From Lama glama (Eukaryota), in assembly GCA_028534125.1 (NCBI GenBank), contig CM052817.1, positions 101,806,001 through 101,870,000 of the forward strand: a stretch of 64,000 nt of DNA. Reading direction: 5' to 3'. The notes below the pieces were generated by a model. The model was not told where the DNA came from. It was given only the letters and a program-made list of their open reading frames with translations, and did not search any database. The number at the start of each line of letters is the position of its first letter. The first letter of the stretch is position 1. This document shows positions 1 through 11,968 of this stretch, in pieces. Both the position numbers and the translations under genes were made by a program.

Positions 1-164
1 TCTTTCCCTTCTTGTATACTAAAATTTTGACTTTAGCCATAATAACTATGCTTTTATGGTGATTCCATGCTTTAAGAAAATTTTCTTTAGTCTTAGAGTC
101 AGGCCTTTTGGCATTTAATTGTTAAAGCCCTATTATTTTTTTTAATTTTTAGTGAAGATATTGT

Positions 165-420
165 AAATTAAATTCAAGAAGTACTTACTATGTGCAAGGC
201 ATTATATTAAATATTTCCCCCTTTGGGGGTTCACAGTTTAGGTAGGAAAAGACTAGGATCCTAAACTAGCCATTAAAACACAGCAAAGTTGTCCTAAAGG
301 CATGTGTGCAGTGTCCTGGGAGGACAGAATGGGTTCCATCCTGGAGCTGGCTGTAGGAGACAACCTCTGCTCTGGCTTAAGTAAGATTTCTTGAATTGAG
401 AGTTACAATGTTGTGTATAA
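165..420 (-). mobile_element. Degenerate L2 LINE 3' fragment
   Basis: 'attcaagaagtacttactatgtgcaaggcatt...gggggttcacagtttagg' resembles the antisense L2 3' end; highly diverged, boundaries approximate. Confidence 0.4.
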
Positions 421-1362
421 GCACTGAAGAATCAAGCTACAGGGCTCCCTAACGGTCCACTCTGCGCCATAGGTCCTGACTTTAGTTTCTGCTGCCTTCT
501 GTTTACTTGGTATCAGACTCATTGCTGGGAGTGGTGTGTGTGGAGCTGAGGGGAAGGTACTGAAAATAAAGTTGTTCGGGGGAGATAACACTGAATCTTT
601 AATCCTGCATTTTTTTGATCTTCCATTATCTTCTGGGTTTCCTTTGGCTCTAGACTCCAGACATTTGAGAATGAATCTTAATCACCATATGAAGTAAAGT
701 TAAGGTAATAATGATTTTTATTGATAATAAGGCATTCTTCTTTGAATGTTGTATTTGGTAAATGCTAGGTTCCAAGTTTCTCATAAGGAACGAATTTTCC
801 AAGAGACCCCAAAGGAATGTGCTGCATATTTCACGCACAGACCAGGAAGAGCTGGAGTAGATTAGTACCCAAGGAATCCGTGTATCCTGAAATACAGATT
901 CATTCAACATATTCAAACACAGGTTTCAGTTACTAGATCCTGCTTCAAACTATCCTTCTGAAGATAATTTTTGAAATGACATGGTCCATGTTCAAATTAA
1001 TGAAGGTGAAAGGAAAGGTCATGTTTGATTGAGTCACCAATGAAAACAGGAGAATTTCTGCGTCATAAATCTTTTATGCCACATCATTTTAATCACCCTT
1101 TGTGAAGATGATGCCAATAAAGGCATCCAAAGTTTTGATCCTTCAGTCATTTCGTTTTACTAAGGAAAGAAGCCCAAGTCCTTATCATTTTGTATTTGGA
1201 CTCTTTATTGAAGGTGCACACACACAGACACACAATGTGCATATAAAAATTACATGCACACACACGTGATGATACAGTAGCCTCAAAATACATGACAGGA
1301 AGCACAGCCCCTGTCACAGAGTTGGGAAGAGTTGGGGAGTGCTCACTCACGTTTAACTGATC

Positions 1363-2595
1363 TGTTACCAGACTCAGGTTTGGCTGCTCATGGCCCGAAA
1401 GCCAGTACTCAAGAGATGAGTGTTGGCTGGAAAGGGAAAGTTGCTTTATTCAAGAGTCTGGCAACCTGGGGAGATGACAGTCTTGTGTCCAAAAACCAAC
1501 TCCAAAGATTCTGCTTGACCATGAAAATTTTAAAAGGGAGAATCATTTGAGGAGGGGTGAACTTTCTCCTGATTGGCTGGTGGTGAGGTAGCAGGGTGAT
1601 GCTCCAGGAATCTTGTGCTCTGCTGGAAGTAACCATCCTCTGCCTGGGTGGGAGCCTTAGTTCCTACAGAAGGACTCAAAGGTATTGTTATGTATATTCC
1701 TTGAGGAGGAACCGGGACCCTGCCCCGAGGCTGCACTGTTGTTTCTTGACTGCCCCTCCTTTGTTTCTGCCTTCCCTCCCTTCCCTGATGAGCAGTTGTT
1801 GGAATCTGCCCTTTGGTACTCAGGGAAGGTCAAGGAGGCTGAGTGAAGCCTATTTCCTACAAACAAGAAACAGGGGACACAGAAAGGATCTGTACCAGTG
1901 AGACAGGAAGGCATGGGGCAGGGCACAGCCATTCAAGGAATGACACAGCAGTTAACACCAAAAAGGCAGAAGATTCAGTTCCCAGCAGTTCTTGAGGCCC
2001 AAGATGGTGGGAGATCTGACTTCTAGCAGAACTTGAGCTTCATTATATGTTCAGTGTAATACATTAACATGGTAAATAACATGCCCACAGGCGCCATGAT
2101 AGTTCCAAGGTTAACCACAAAATGTCAAAGAGTGGGCAGTGGCCAAATTCCTGGGAATCCCAGCCTCTTCCCCAGGGTGGTTGGAATGATCCTCCCACTT
2201 GTTAGCACATGAAGCTACCAAGCCCATAAAAAATGGCAGCACCACACCTCGCGGAGGCCTCTTTTGCTCCTCATCTTCAGAGACGGCCCACACTCTGTCT
2301 ATGGAGTGTGTATCTACTTTTACTTTAACCTGAGCACCCAACTCCCACACTTCATGGCCTTTCTCTTGCCTTTGAGACAGCCTACACTCTATGCAGTACT
2401 TATTTCTCCAAATAAATCTGACTTTACTTAACTGTCGCTTGCACTCAAATTCTTTCCTGCACCAAGCCAAGGACCCACACTTGGCGGGGCACGTCCCAGG
2501 GGCTCAACTGAGACCTGGGACACAGCCCTCCTCTAGCCCCACATTTGTTTTTTTGTATCACCAGGGAGGACCCCACAGGGTCCTGCTCTGTTTCA
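1363..2595 (-). mobile_element. Solo ERV1-type LTR (outer), interrupted by a second LTR at 1899-2560
   Basis: TG(1363)...CA(2595) termini; 4-bp TSD GATC/GATT; minus-strand AATAAA (tttatt 1445-1450) and CCAAT (gattgg ~1571). Confidence 0.8.
1899..2560 (+). mobile_element. Solo ERV1-type LTR (inner, younger) nested in the outer LTR
   Basis: TG...CA termini; perfect 4-bp TSD CCAG (1895-1898, 2561-2564); TATA-like CATAAAA ~2226; AATAAA ~2411. Confidence 0.85.
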
Positions 2596-2732
2596 GATTC
2601 TCTACATTAAAAAAGACACTTCAGTCACCCCTGAGACATTCAAATTGGGTTAAATAGAGAACTGGTGCTCTGGACATAGAATCCATGAACATATTAGCTT
2701 AAAAATTGTGCTCAATATATTTTACATATTCT

Positions 2733-3165
2733 CAAGGGTTCCTGAGGTCAAAACCATTTACAGGAGGCCCTATAGTTCCAAGACATAATTTGCCCTTTTA
2801 AGTCCCCTTGTACACGAGTGTACAGTGGAGTTTTCCCGTGGCTGCCCAACATGTGTTATCACACAGATTGAGGGCAGAAGCAGATGCGAAAAGTCGGCTG
2901 CTTTTGATTAAGTCAGACATTAAAGAGACTTGCAAACATGAAAACAATGCTACTTTCTCACTCATTTTCTTTTGCTTTGGCAAAGACAGTTAAAGTTTCA
3001 TCAATAATGTCATTTAGGTTAACATCTAATGGTTTATTATAGAAATTAAAGACAAATAAATATTTAAAATGTGCATTTCCATTTTGAATTCAGTGAATAT
3101 CCATCGATGTAGTCAACATGAATTAAAACTTTTTTCAGAGTTTACTGGAGCTCAAAGACCAAAGG
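2733..3165 (+). mobile_element. hAT-Charlie family non-autonomous DNA transposon
   Basis: Recognisable Charlie motifs 'gagtgtacagtggagttttcc', 'gcagaagcagatg', 'agtcagacattaaagaga', 'aaaacaatgctact'. Confidence 0.7.
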
Positions 3166-3714
3166 GCTTCATAGTGGAGGTGGTGTCTTGGTTGGGTCTT
3201 CAAGAAGGGTGGGGTTTAGAAAGTCAATATGGAGGTTGGTGTTTCAGGCAGACCTGGAGGAGCCTTGTGTGGGGAATGGGAGGGTTGGTATGGTCTAGAC
3301 TATAGTCAGGATCAAAGAGTAGGTCCAGGACCGTTGTGAGCCCAGCCCTGACCTTCTGGAAGATCTTTCTTTGACAATACAGGAAATGGGAACTGAGGAA
3401 CGTGCTCTCCTTGGGGGCTGGGTAGCTTTCTTAAATTTTGTCCTTTGCAAGGAAGGGTGATTTGAGCCTCAAACATTCAAAGGCCTTTTCTCTGTTGTTT
3501 CTTTGGTAATACAGATATCTCAAACGCTTCATAAAGTTCTACTTACTTCTAATCAGTTCTGTGAGCCAGTAACTAAGTTCTTTGTGAGGCATAATTTTCA
3601 GATGTATTGATTACTTCGCTTCCCACCTCTCTCAGCCTAATGGGGCTACCTCCTGGCCACCTGGAAAATAGATGAGAAGGTCACACCCTTAATGCACTGA
3701 ACTCTGCCCTGAGT

Positions 3715-3880
3715 TTGCTGTTTGTTTGTTTGTTTGTTTGTTTGTTTGTTTTCTTTCCCCTCCTTCCATCCCTCCTTTCTTTCTCCCTTTCTCCCTCCCT
3801 CTCTTTCTTTCTTTCCTTCTTCCTTCCTTCCTCTCTCTTTTTTCTTTCTTTCTTTCTCTCTCTCTTTCTCTCTCTCTTTC

Positions 3881-3936
<56 letters not shown>

Positions 3937-3989
3937 TCCTCCTTCCTTCCTTCCTTCCTTCCTTCCTTCCTTCCTTCCTTCCTTTCTTC

Positions 3990-4072
<83 letters not shown>

Positions 4073-4170
4073 TCCTCCTTCCTTCCTTCCTTTCTTTCTT
4101 TCTTTCTTTCCTTCCTTCCTTCCATCCTCCCTCCCTCCCTTCCTTCCTTCCTTCTTCCTTCTTTCCCTTT
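3715..4170. repeat. Compound microsatellite (TTTG)n-(TTTC)n-(TTCC)n, long polypyrimidine tract
   Basis: Directly visible. Confidence 0.98.
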
Positions 4171-4199
4171 TGCTACTAAAAGATTTTATACAGCACCAC

Positions 4200-4710
4200 A
4201 GTCTTAGGCTGATCTTTTGCTCTGTGTCACTTTGGGCCCTTCTTGCTCAAAAGCCTTCTTCATCTCTTGTGATCTGGCATCACGAAAACTGTATGCTTTT
4301 CCAATTTTGCACCACCACCTGAATTTCTCAAGAATCAATTTGTAAATCAGGCAGTTTTCTCTAGTTCATCTCTTTCTTTTTAATTCCTTGCTAAACATAA
4401 TCAATAACAACCAACAGGTAAGACTAAGGTTCTGTTTTCTAGCCGCTCCCTCACAAGGTCATTAGGGACATGGGGGTCTATGTCCCAGGTCACTGCAGGA
4501 ACAGTGAACCAAATGTAATAACATCACCGATTTCCCAGCCTCTGGTAGCAGTTTTTTCAGTGACTGCTCCTTGACCGTCAATGTCACGTATTTGTTTGTT
4601 TGTTTCTTTGTGTTAAACATCAGCATCCCACGCGGGGTATCAATCTACGTGTTTAGTCAAGATAGACAAAAATCATGATTTATTTACAAACCTCAGTGGC
4701 TTAACACACT
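4200..4710. mobile_element. Old MaLR (MLT1-type) LTR fragments
   Basis: 'cagcatcccacgcggggtatcaatctacgtgtttagtcaag' and 'cagtggcttaacaca' resemble MLT1 termini. Confidence 0.45.
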
Positions 4711-4714
4711 GGCT

Positions 4715-5340
4715 ACTGCCAAATTGCTCTCCGAAAGGGCTGTTCCCACTGAGGGTTCATGAAAGGTTCCTCTGTTTGTCCCCACATTCTCTGCAGTCTC
4801 CTGTTGTCCAGCTTTCAAAATGTTGTCAGTCTAATGGGTGTGAAGCGAATGCTCACTGTTGCTTTAATTTGCATTTCCCAGATGGCTAATGAGTTTGCAC
4901 AGCTCTTCAAAAGCTTGTAGTCTGTTGGGTTTCTTCTCTTATAAATTGTTCATTCATATCTTTTGTTCATTTTTTTTTCTATTAGCGTTCTTTGTTGGTC
5001 TGTTTCTGTTGATTTTTAGGGGTTCCTAATATATTCCAGTTGGTTTTAGACAAACATGTTTTTCCTCTGATTTCTCATCTGTTTGTTAACTTTCTCAATG
5101 GTGTACTTTTAAAATTTTTATATAAGTAAATTGCTAACTTATTCTTCTTATTATTTTGGTTTGTGATTTTAGGATTTTCTTTAATATTTCTTCACTTAGG
5201 TTATAAAAATATTTTATATTTTCTTCTATTAAGTTTCTAGAACTTTCCATTAGCTCTTTATCCATCATGAGTCTACCTTTGCTGTAATACTGGATAGGGA
5301 TTTCATTTTATTTTTATCTGCAGGGTAAGCCAGTTTGTCA
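4715..5340 (-). mobile_element. Old L1 (L1M-type) ORF2 3' region
   Basis: 'ctaatgggtgtgaag...ctcactgttgctttaatttgcatttccc' is the antisense L1 ORF2 C-terminal motif. Confidence 0.75.
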
Positions 5341-5849
5341 AAAGCAGGATTTTGTCTCAGACCTGTTTTTTTTTTATATATTTATTCCTCCCATAAGCCT
5401 AGAACAAATAATATGCACCCAAGAAATATCTGTTGGTTCACCAAATTAAAAAAAATAATAAAAAAAATTATGCTCCCAAATTGTTGCCTCAATTGATGTA
5501 TTCTGGGAATTACTTATCTTAGATCCTGTCACTTTCATTGTGGCTGGCCCCAAGAAAGTATTGCAGCCCACAGAGTATCCTTCCAAACTGATGCCTTTGA
5601 TGACTAGAGTTTAACATTTTGAGCTTTAGAGCTTAAATGGAAGGTTTCTTGTTTCCTGTTAAAAATGGGAGAGAAGAAAGATGGTGAGAGGAGTCCAGGA
5701 ATGCAACAAGGTTGGAATATAGCCGTCTCTGGTATAGGCATCCATTAAGCCTTATCAGCTTGAATGGGGGAACTGGCAAAAATCCCAATATTTTGACTTT
5801 TATTAAATATTTGAATCCCACACATAAAAATGTGCATATCTTCTCTCAC

Positions 5850-6180
5850 TTATCTGTAATCAACTCTCAGTTCGTCTCCCACACTTCCAACCCGTCTCAC
5901 TCCACGCAAACCCTCATAATCTCACCACCCACTGAGGGCAGATGACTTTGCCTCCTGTTTCACTGAACGTGCTGAGGTCACCCAGCAGAACGTTTCTGTT
6001 TTACCTCAACATTCCTGTGGGTCCTTCTGTTATTCTGGAGACACAAGTGCGCTTCCTCCTTTATAAGGCTTAACTCTCCACCTGTGTGCAGACCTCATGC
6101 CTTTCTTTCCTCTTTATGGTTTTGCTCCATCAGTTATCCTCTCCTTTGTGTGTTCCTTTTCTTTTCCTATAAGCACATTC
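5850..6180 (+). mobile_element. L2 LINE fragment
   Basis: 'gcagatgactttgcctcctgtttcactga' and 'aaggcttaactctccacctgtg' are L2-like. Confidence 0.55.
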
Positions 6181-6239
6181 ACGTGGCTCCTAAAGTGAGC
6201 CAACCTCACTGCTTCCCTGGGTGGTGGATGAACTGGCTT

Positions 6240-6838
6240 TTTGCTTAACATCAGCTCCAACCTTCGCCTTGTGTTCCTTCCTGTTCTGTAGAGTTTGGGA
6301 GGTTAAAGGCTACATTTGCCTGAGTAACTTGAAACTGAGGTTTTGGATATGATTTAGGTTCTGTCAGTTAGAGGTGCTTGCATGCTTGCATGAGATGTGG
6401 GAAATGGAAATTAAAGGAGACATGAGGCGAGAATCACAATTTGGTCTCTTCCCTGGAGAGCCACAGTGCTGGAGGTGTTTGCTTCTCCGGGGGCAGCTGT
6501 AGCAGAGGCGTCTGTGTTGCCTGTCTATCTTCCCGGCTATGGAGAGGTGAGGACAGAAGACCCGCTTTGCTGGAGTGGATCGTGGCAGAGATGATGGGCT
6601 TCTGTGGCCAGCAGCCAGAGTGATGGCTTCCAGTTTCATCTGGGAACCTCCTGGTTTTACGGCATCTTGGTCGTGGCAGGTGCAGCAGCCTCCTTGGTGA
6701 CCTGGTTTTGTGTCATGGCTTTGGGAGTCATTTCTGGAAACTTTGATTGAATCTGTCCTTTCAAACTTCCCATTTTTTTGCAAGTCAACTCATAATTTGT
6801 CATAAAAATGCCCTTTCTACTTAAACTGGCTAGCAGAT
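6240..6838 (+). mobile_element. Old ERVL LTR (LTR33-like)
   Basis: 'ggttttggatatgatttaggttctg', 'ccctttctacttaaactggctag' match the LTR33-like pattern. Confidence 0.6.
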
Positions 6839-6859
6839 TTGGGCCTGGTCTTCAGAGGC

Positions 6860-8855
6860 TTCTGTATGATAGGCTGGCATCCCCTGCAAAGTGGATGGTC
6901 ACAGCACTGTAGTCCCCTCCTGGGGGGCCATGAGGACAGTGGGGAAGGGAGGGTCTCCTAATGGGCTGACCACTCACTGACCACTGTACGTGGTTGCACA
7001 TTTGACCTGGAAGAAGAGATGTCCTGATTCACAGAACTAATGGTTTGGTTAGATTCTCGAGTACTTGTAAGGAGCATAATGGGTAAACAGGTGACAGGGA
7101 GGTCTGAGGAAGAGATATGTGAAGACACTTTCCCAAACAGGCAGAGCCTAAATATATTTATGTCCTACAGGAATACTTAACAAAGAGCTGCCTCAGTAAG
7201 CATGATCTAAATAATCGTCGTAGATACGATGGTTGGTTCTATAGAATTCAGTCTGTTTCTTTCGCCGGGCACCTTTGTCCTTGTTCAGTGAACTCATGGA
7301 CAAGGTGGCTGAAGCAGCAGGCGCGGGGTGACGCGTGGTCTCAGCAGCGTGGACAGCCGTGCAGCAGGGACCGACTCCCCAGCCTGCCAGCACTGGAGAC
7401 CAGCACCCAGCCTTTAGGGCGGCATCCGTCTCCAGGGCATCAGCCTGCCACTGTAGGTAGATTTATCACACTGGACCATGTCTCTGAGAGAAGGGGCGGC
7501 ACTGGTTCTTATGAACATACACATTTACTCTGGATACAAATTCGCCTTTCCTGCTTCTGCCCAAATCACCGTCTGTGAATTTAAGAATGCCTTATTTACC
7601 ATCATGGCACTCCACGCAGCATTGCTTCTGACTTAAGCCCTCATTTTATGGCAGATGAAGCAAGCAATGGGCTCCCCTCATGTGCTTCACTGGTCTTACC
7701 AAGGTCTCTGATTCCCCAAAGCAGCAGGCTGGGAGAATGGTGGCCTTTTGACGAGTCACTTGTGGTGCCAGCTGGGAAGAAACATCTTGCCTGGCCTCGG
7801 GAATGTCCTCAAAGTGATGACCATGCTCTAATTCAGCACGCAAGACAGGGTGTTTTCTCTCCCATAAGCAGGATTCATGTGTCTAGGCAGTCAAGGAGTG
7901 GAAATGGGAGAGGCTCCTTCGCTGCTATCCCTGGCGTTTTGCTAGCAAAATGTTTGCTTCCCATCCCTGAGACTTCGGGTGCTGCCAGTGTAGAAGGCTT
8001 AGTTCCCAAAGGAAGAAGGTTCCCACCGGGGGATATAGCAAAGGTTCCATTAAGCTGGAAGGTGAAGGTGCCACCCGGCCACTGGGGTTCCTCATGCCTG
8101 TGAATCAATAAGAATTACTATAAGGATTACTGTACTGGTGGGGGGTTACTATCTGGGGGGATTTCTGTATGGGAGGATTACTGTATGGGGGGACTACTGT
8201 ACTGGCAGGGGGATTACTGTACTGGCGAGGGGACTGGTTCTGACCACTGAGACCAGCTCGTAAACAACAGGGGTAAGGAAGAACACGTCTGGAGTCCAGA
8301 TGATTCCCTGGGGAGCCTCTTAGGACTCTTATGTTTGGTGATAAAAGTCAGTGGACGACTATGACATTAGCCCAGACCCTCCGGGAAGGAAATTTTGGGT
8401 CACCTCACCAGGCAGAGAACTATGAGCAGCTAAGGTGCCTGCTGAGGGTGAAGGGAATGGGGAACAGGTAGTAGCAGAAGAGAGTCATAAATGTCACCTT
8501 AGACCACAGGACTAGTTCAGTGAAAAGTATTATAATATTGTGAGTATTTTTCCATATATATATATATAAATACACACAAATTCTTTGCGGCACTTTCGTT
8601 TTCTTACCGTATAACCTTATATCTTATATCTCAGTGGTTAAGGGATGGGGTATCAAAGGGGACGTGTGACTCAACTAGAAGAAGAACGAGCATCACCTAA
8701 AAGTGGACAAAGGGACTTTGTGTCTTCTTTTGGGAGAGAGGGTTAGTGTTTTCGATTAGACAAGAGTTGCAGCATGTTAGGTGGAGGCATGCCTTTGAAA
8801 TTCTCTTTATTTGGAAGTTAAATATAATTAAAAGACGTATGCTCTCAAGGCGGAC
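6860..8855 (+). mobile_element. ERVL internal region (degenerate pol/integrase and dUTPase-like segment)
   Basis: Translation 'EGLVPKGRRFPPGDIAKVPLSWKVKVPPGHWG' (7990-8090) resembles the ERVL 'LVPKGGMLPPGDTTMIPLNWKLRLPPGHFG' segment; ends in PPT-like 'aaggcggac' immediately before an LTR. Confidence 0.8.
8110..8232 (+). repeat. Degenerate minisatellite, core GGATTACTGTA(CTGG), ~7 units
   Basis: Directly visible tandem units of 13-20 bp. Confidence 0.8.
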
Positions 8856-9460
8856 TGTGATGGCTTTGTCGTGTGCCGACTAGGTGAGAACCAAGCTTCC
8901 CCGAATTTGTTTCCTCTGTGGTTTGGGGTGAGGACGAGGTTACAGCTGACTGCAGAAGAAGTATGCATGCGATCGGGAAGGCGGGAGTCAAGCGATCTGA
9001 GGTTGGCGGGGGCGGTGGAGGCACCTGCTGCCCCCGCACAGGGAGGCTGATGTGCTGGTTCACTTTGTGGGCACGGGGCAGCTGCTGGGCCCACATTCCC
9101 CCAGCTTCTCTCAGATCTCCAGCTTCAGTCTCTCGGAATTGTAGGTCAGGTGTGTGCACGGCTTGCTAGTGAAGGGCACCAGCTCCGTCTGTCACTGGCG
9201 TCATTGAGGTGGGAGGTGGTGAGAGCAGGTACAGCTTCCGGTATGCCTTTGCAGGTTCACAGCTCCACAACCATCTTTTCTTTGCCTGCTGGTCCTCAGA
9301 CCTGCGGCAATTTCAGGCCTGCACTAGATGCACAGAGGCTGTTGCCTTCCATTGGATTTTTTTTAACCGGTTCTACTGCATAAGGTCTTTTCCTATAATA
9401 AGTCAATTTCTCCTGTCACTCACGGTGGTGTTGCTTCTCTGTTAAACCCTGACTAATACA
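8856..9460 (+). mobile_element. ERVL 3' LTR (LTR40/41-like)
   Basis: Starts TGTGATGG right after the PPT; ends 'aaaccctgactaataCA'. Confidence 0.75.
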
Positions 9461-9919
9461 AACGGATGCAATCTTTTTTTTTTTTCTCTCAAACCAAACC
9501 CTGACCAATATAAATTGCAAGACAATATTCCATCTTTCTACTTTGTTTCACAGACAGATGTTACATGACGGAATTCATTTAACTGAAGAGTTCATTTTGT
9601 GCTTTGTCTTCATGACCAAATACTTGCTTCCTCATCCCTTCTCATGAATTCATACATACTGCATCCATCCGGGGTTTGCCAGACATCGTGTGAATCTAGC
9701 AACAGGTAGGTTTTCTGACCTTGAGAGCTTGTGGGAAAAAAAAAAATGGACATGTAAATGGCAAATGTGGCTTTTATTGTCACAGCTCCACTAAACTGCT
9801 CTTTAAAGGTCACTGAAGATTGACAACTGAAGATTCTCTAATTACCAAACCTGGTAGCTGTTTGCTTATCCACATCCCACTCACCCTCAGAAACAGTGGG
9901 CACTGCTCACTACTCCCTA

Positions 9920-10045
9920 GAAACTGAGCTCTGTTGTATGAGCAGGACTGTCATTTGTCTTGTTCTGTGCCGTGTCCCCAACACACAGAACAATGTCTGG
10001 CATGAGGCGGTATTAATAAATATTTATTGAATAAATGATTGAATA
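9920..10045 (+). mobile_element. L2 3' end
   Basis: 'acaatgtctggcatgagg...ataaatatttattgaataaatgattgaat' is the L2 terminus. Confidence 0.75.
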
Positions 10046-10059
10046 CGTTTGCTTCTTTT

Positions 10060-10378
10060 AAAAAACACCTTTATTATGTTATGATTCCTGTACAGTAAAT
10101 TACATATATTTCAGATGTACAATTTGAAAAAAATTTTTTTGAATTTTTTTTTTTTTTTTAGTTTTTTTGGGGGGTTGGGGGAGGTAATTAGGTTTGTTTA
10201 TTTACTTTTTTAAGAGGTGATACTGGGGATTGAACCTAGGACTTCGTGCATGCTGAGAATGCACTCTAACACTTGAGCTATACCCTTCCCCAACACTTTG
10301 ATGAATTTTGATAGATGTACACACCAATGAAACCACCACCATAATCAAGATAGCTATCATTTCTACCACTCCCCAAGA
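10060..10378 (-). mobile_element. Old L1 3' end interrupted by a SINE
   Basis: 'tacagtaaattacatatatttcagatgtacaatttg[SINE]atgaattttgatagatgtacacaccaatgaaaccaccacc'. Confidence 0.7.
10134..10291 (-). mobile_element. tRNA-Ala-derived SINE (camelid Vic-1 type)
   Basis: Minus strand GGGGAAGGGTATAGCTCAAGTG...GGTTCAATCCCCAG with A/B boxes, 'aacctaattacctcccc' tail and poly(A). Confidence 0.9.
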
Positions 10379-10379
10379 G

Positions 10380-10620
10380 GTGCAAATTTCAAATCCCCAA
10401 TTTATTCCTTCCCTGATAAGCATAAATTTGTTCTCTATGTCTGTGAATCTGTTTCTGCTTTATTGTTTTATAGATAAGTTCATTTGTGTCCCTTTTTTAT
10501 TTTAGATTCCACATACAAGTGATATCATATGGCATTTTTCTTTCTCTTTCTGACATTTCACTTAGAATGACGATCTCCGGGTCCATCCATGTTGCTGCAA
10601 ATGGCATTATTTTATTCCTT
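10380..10620 (-). mobile_element. Young cetartiodactyl L1 3' UTR fragment
   Basis: 'ttagattccacatacaagtgatatcatatgg...ccatccatgttgctgcaaatggc' is shared with other L1s in the window. Confidence 0.85.
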
Positions 10621-10999
10621 TGCTTTTTAAGGTTTGCTCTTTCCCTGGTTTCTGAGATGTTGTGATCTCCTTGTATTTCTTATTAATTTCCCCCTCCTTT
10701 TTTGGGGCATATCTTCTAAATATAGGCCTTCCTCCATATTCATTCTCTGCTTAATTCTTCCTTCTAGATTGTATTTGTTTATTAAACAAATATTTAATGG
10801 GTACTGAATACGCACTAGGAATTATGTAGGAATAAGTCATGTATTTTCCTGTCATTCTCTGGTTGCACTTTTTCTGTCTTGCACTATAGTAATTCTTTAC
10901 TTGTTTACTGCTCCTAGAAATTATGCTGGTTACTTGTAATCCAACAACAGGGAACAAGTCCAGCCTGCTTCTCCTCTGATTTCACCCGACTAACTTCAA

Positions 11000-11800
11000 A
11001 CACCATCTCCATGAAGATGAATTCCAACACTTTGACTAGTCGTTGGGCAGTTTTTAAAGGATGCTCTTAGCTCAAATTCAATATGTCCATAACAGAATTG
11101 GACATCATTCACCCAAATATTCTTACTTATAAGCACCTTTTATCTGGTCACCCTCTGTCTTTCACAGCTCGCCAGTCATCCAGTCTCATTACTCCATTCT
11201 CATTTCCATCCCGCTCATTGCTCCTGACCTAGTTTAGGACTGGTCGGCTCTCGCCCCGCAAGTACTGTCAGCCATCCAGCTCTGTTCCCTGGGAGACCCC
11301 CTCACGCCCTCCTTCCCTCTGCTGCCCTGAGTCGTTGGCCTCGAAATCTCTCAGTGGCTCCACATCTCTTGAGCAGAGTGTCCTGAGCACAGCATCTCCC
11401 TCTTCTGTCCTGAAATCTCCTCATCTACATTTATCCATTTATTTCACTATTTACCACCCTCCCTGGACTCTTGGCCATTTCTTGGCACTTTACATGGAAA
11501 GGGCTGATGCTGTTTCCTGTCTAGGGTGCCCTTCACGCCTTGTCCAGGTGAAATCCTCTTGATCAGTCATGTACTGGCTGATCACCACCCAAGATAAGCC
11601 CAGATTAACCCAGTAGGCCTAAGTCATTTATTTTCCTTTCATTCTCTGCTTGCACTTTTTTTCTGTCTTGCACCATAGTCATTCTTTACCTATTTACTGC
11701 TCTCAGTAGACTGTCAGCTCCTTAAAATGCTTTATGTCTCTGCAACAGCATCTAATGTAGGCACTGATGATGGTAGGTGCTCAATAATGTGTATTTAAAA
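11000..11800 (+). mobile_element. L2 LINE 3' region
   Basis: 'ctcaaattcaatatgtcc', 'tagactgtcagctcctt', 'gtaggtgctcaataa' L2 motifs. Confidence 0.65.
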
Positions 11801-11928
11801 ATGGTCAGAGGTGAGAAGTAAAGCACTTTACCAGGGAAGAAGGATGAATACAAAGTAAGGTGAGAAGAGATGCCACCAACTGGGACCAAGCGCAGAGCCC
11901 AGGGCCTGGGAGTGGCAGACACAAACTT

Positions 11929-11968
11929 GCCCCCCCCCGCCCCGCCCCCGCCCCGCCCCCGCCCCGCC
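11929..11968. repeat. (CCCCG)n GC-box tandem array
   Basis: Directly visible; minus strand has repeated GGGGCGGGG. Confidence 0.9.

Noticed and set aside
3646..4322. 150-200 aa ORFs rich in K/E/R or F/L/S
   Set aside because: Translations of the TTTC/TTCC microsatellite
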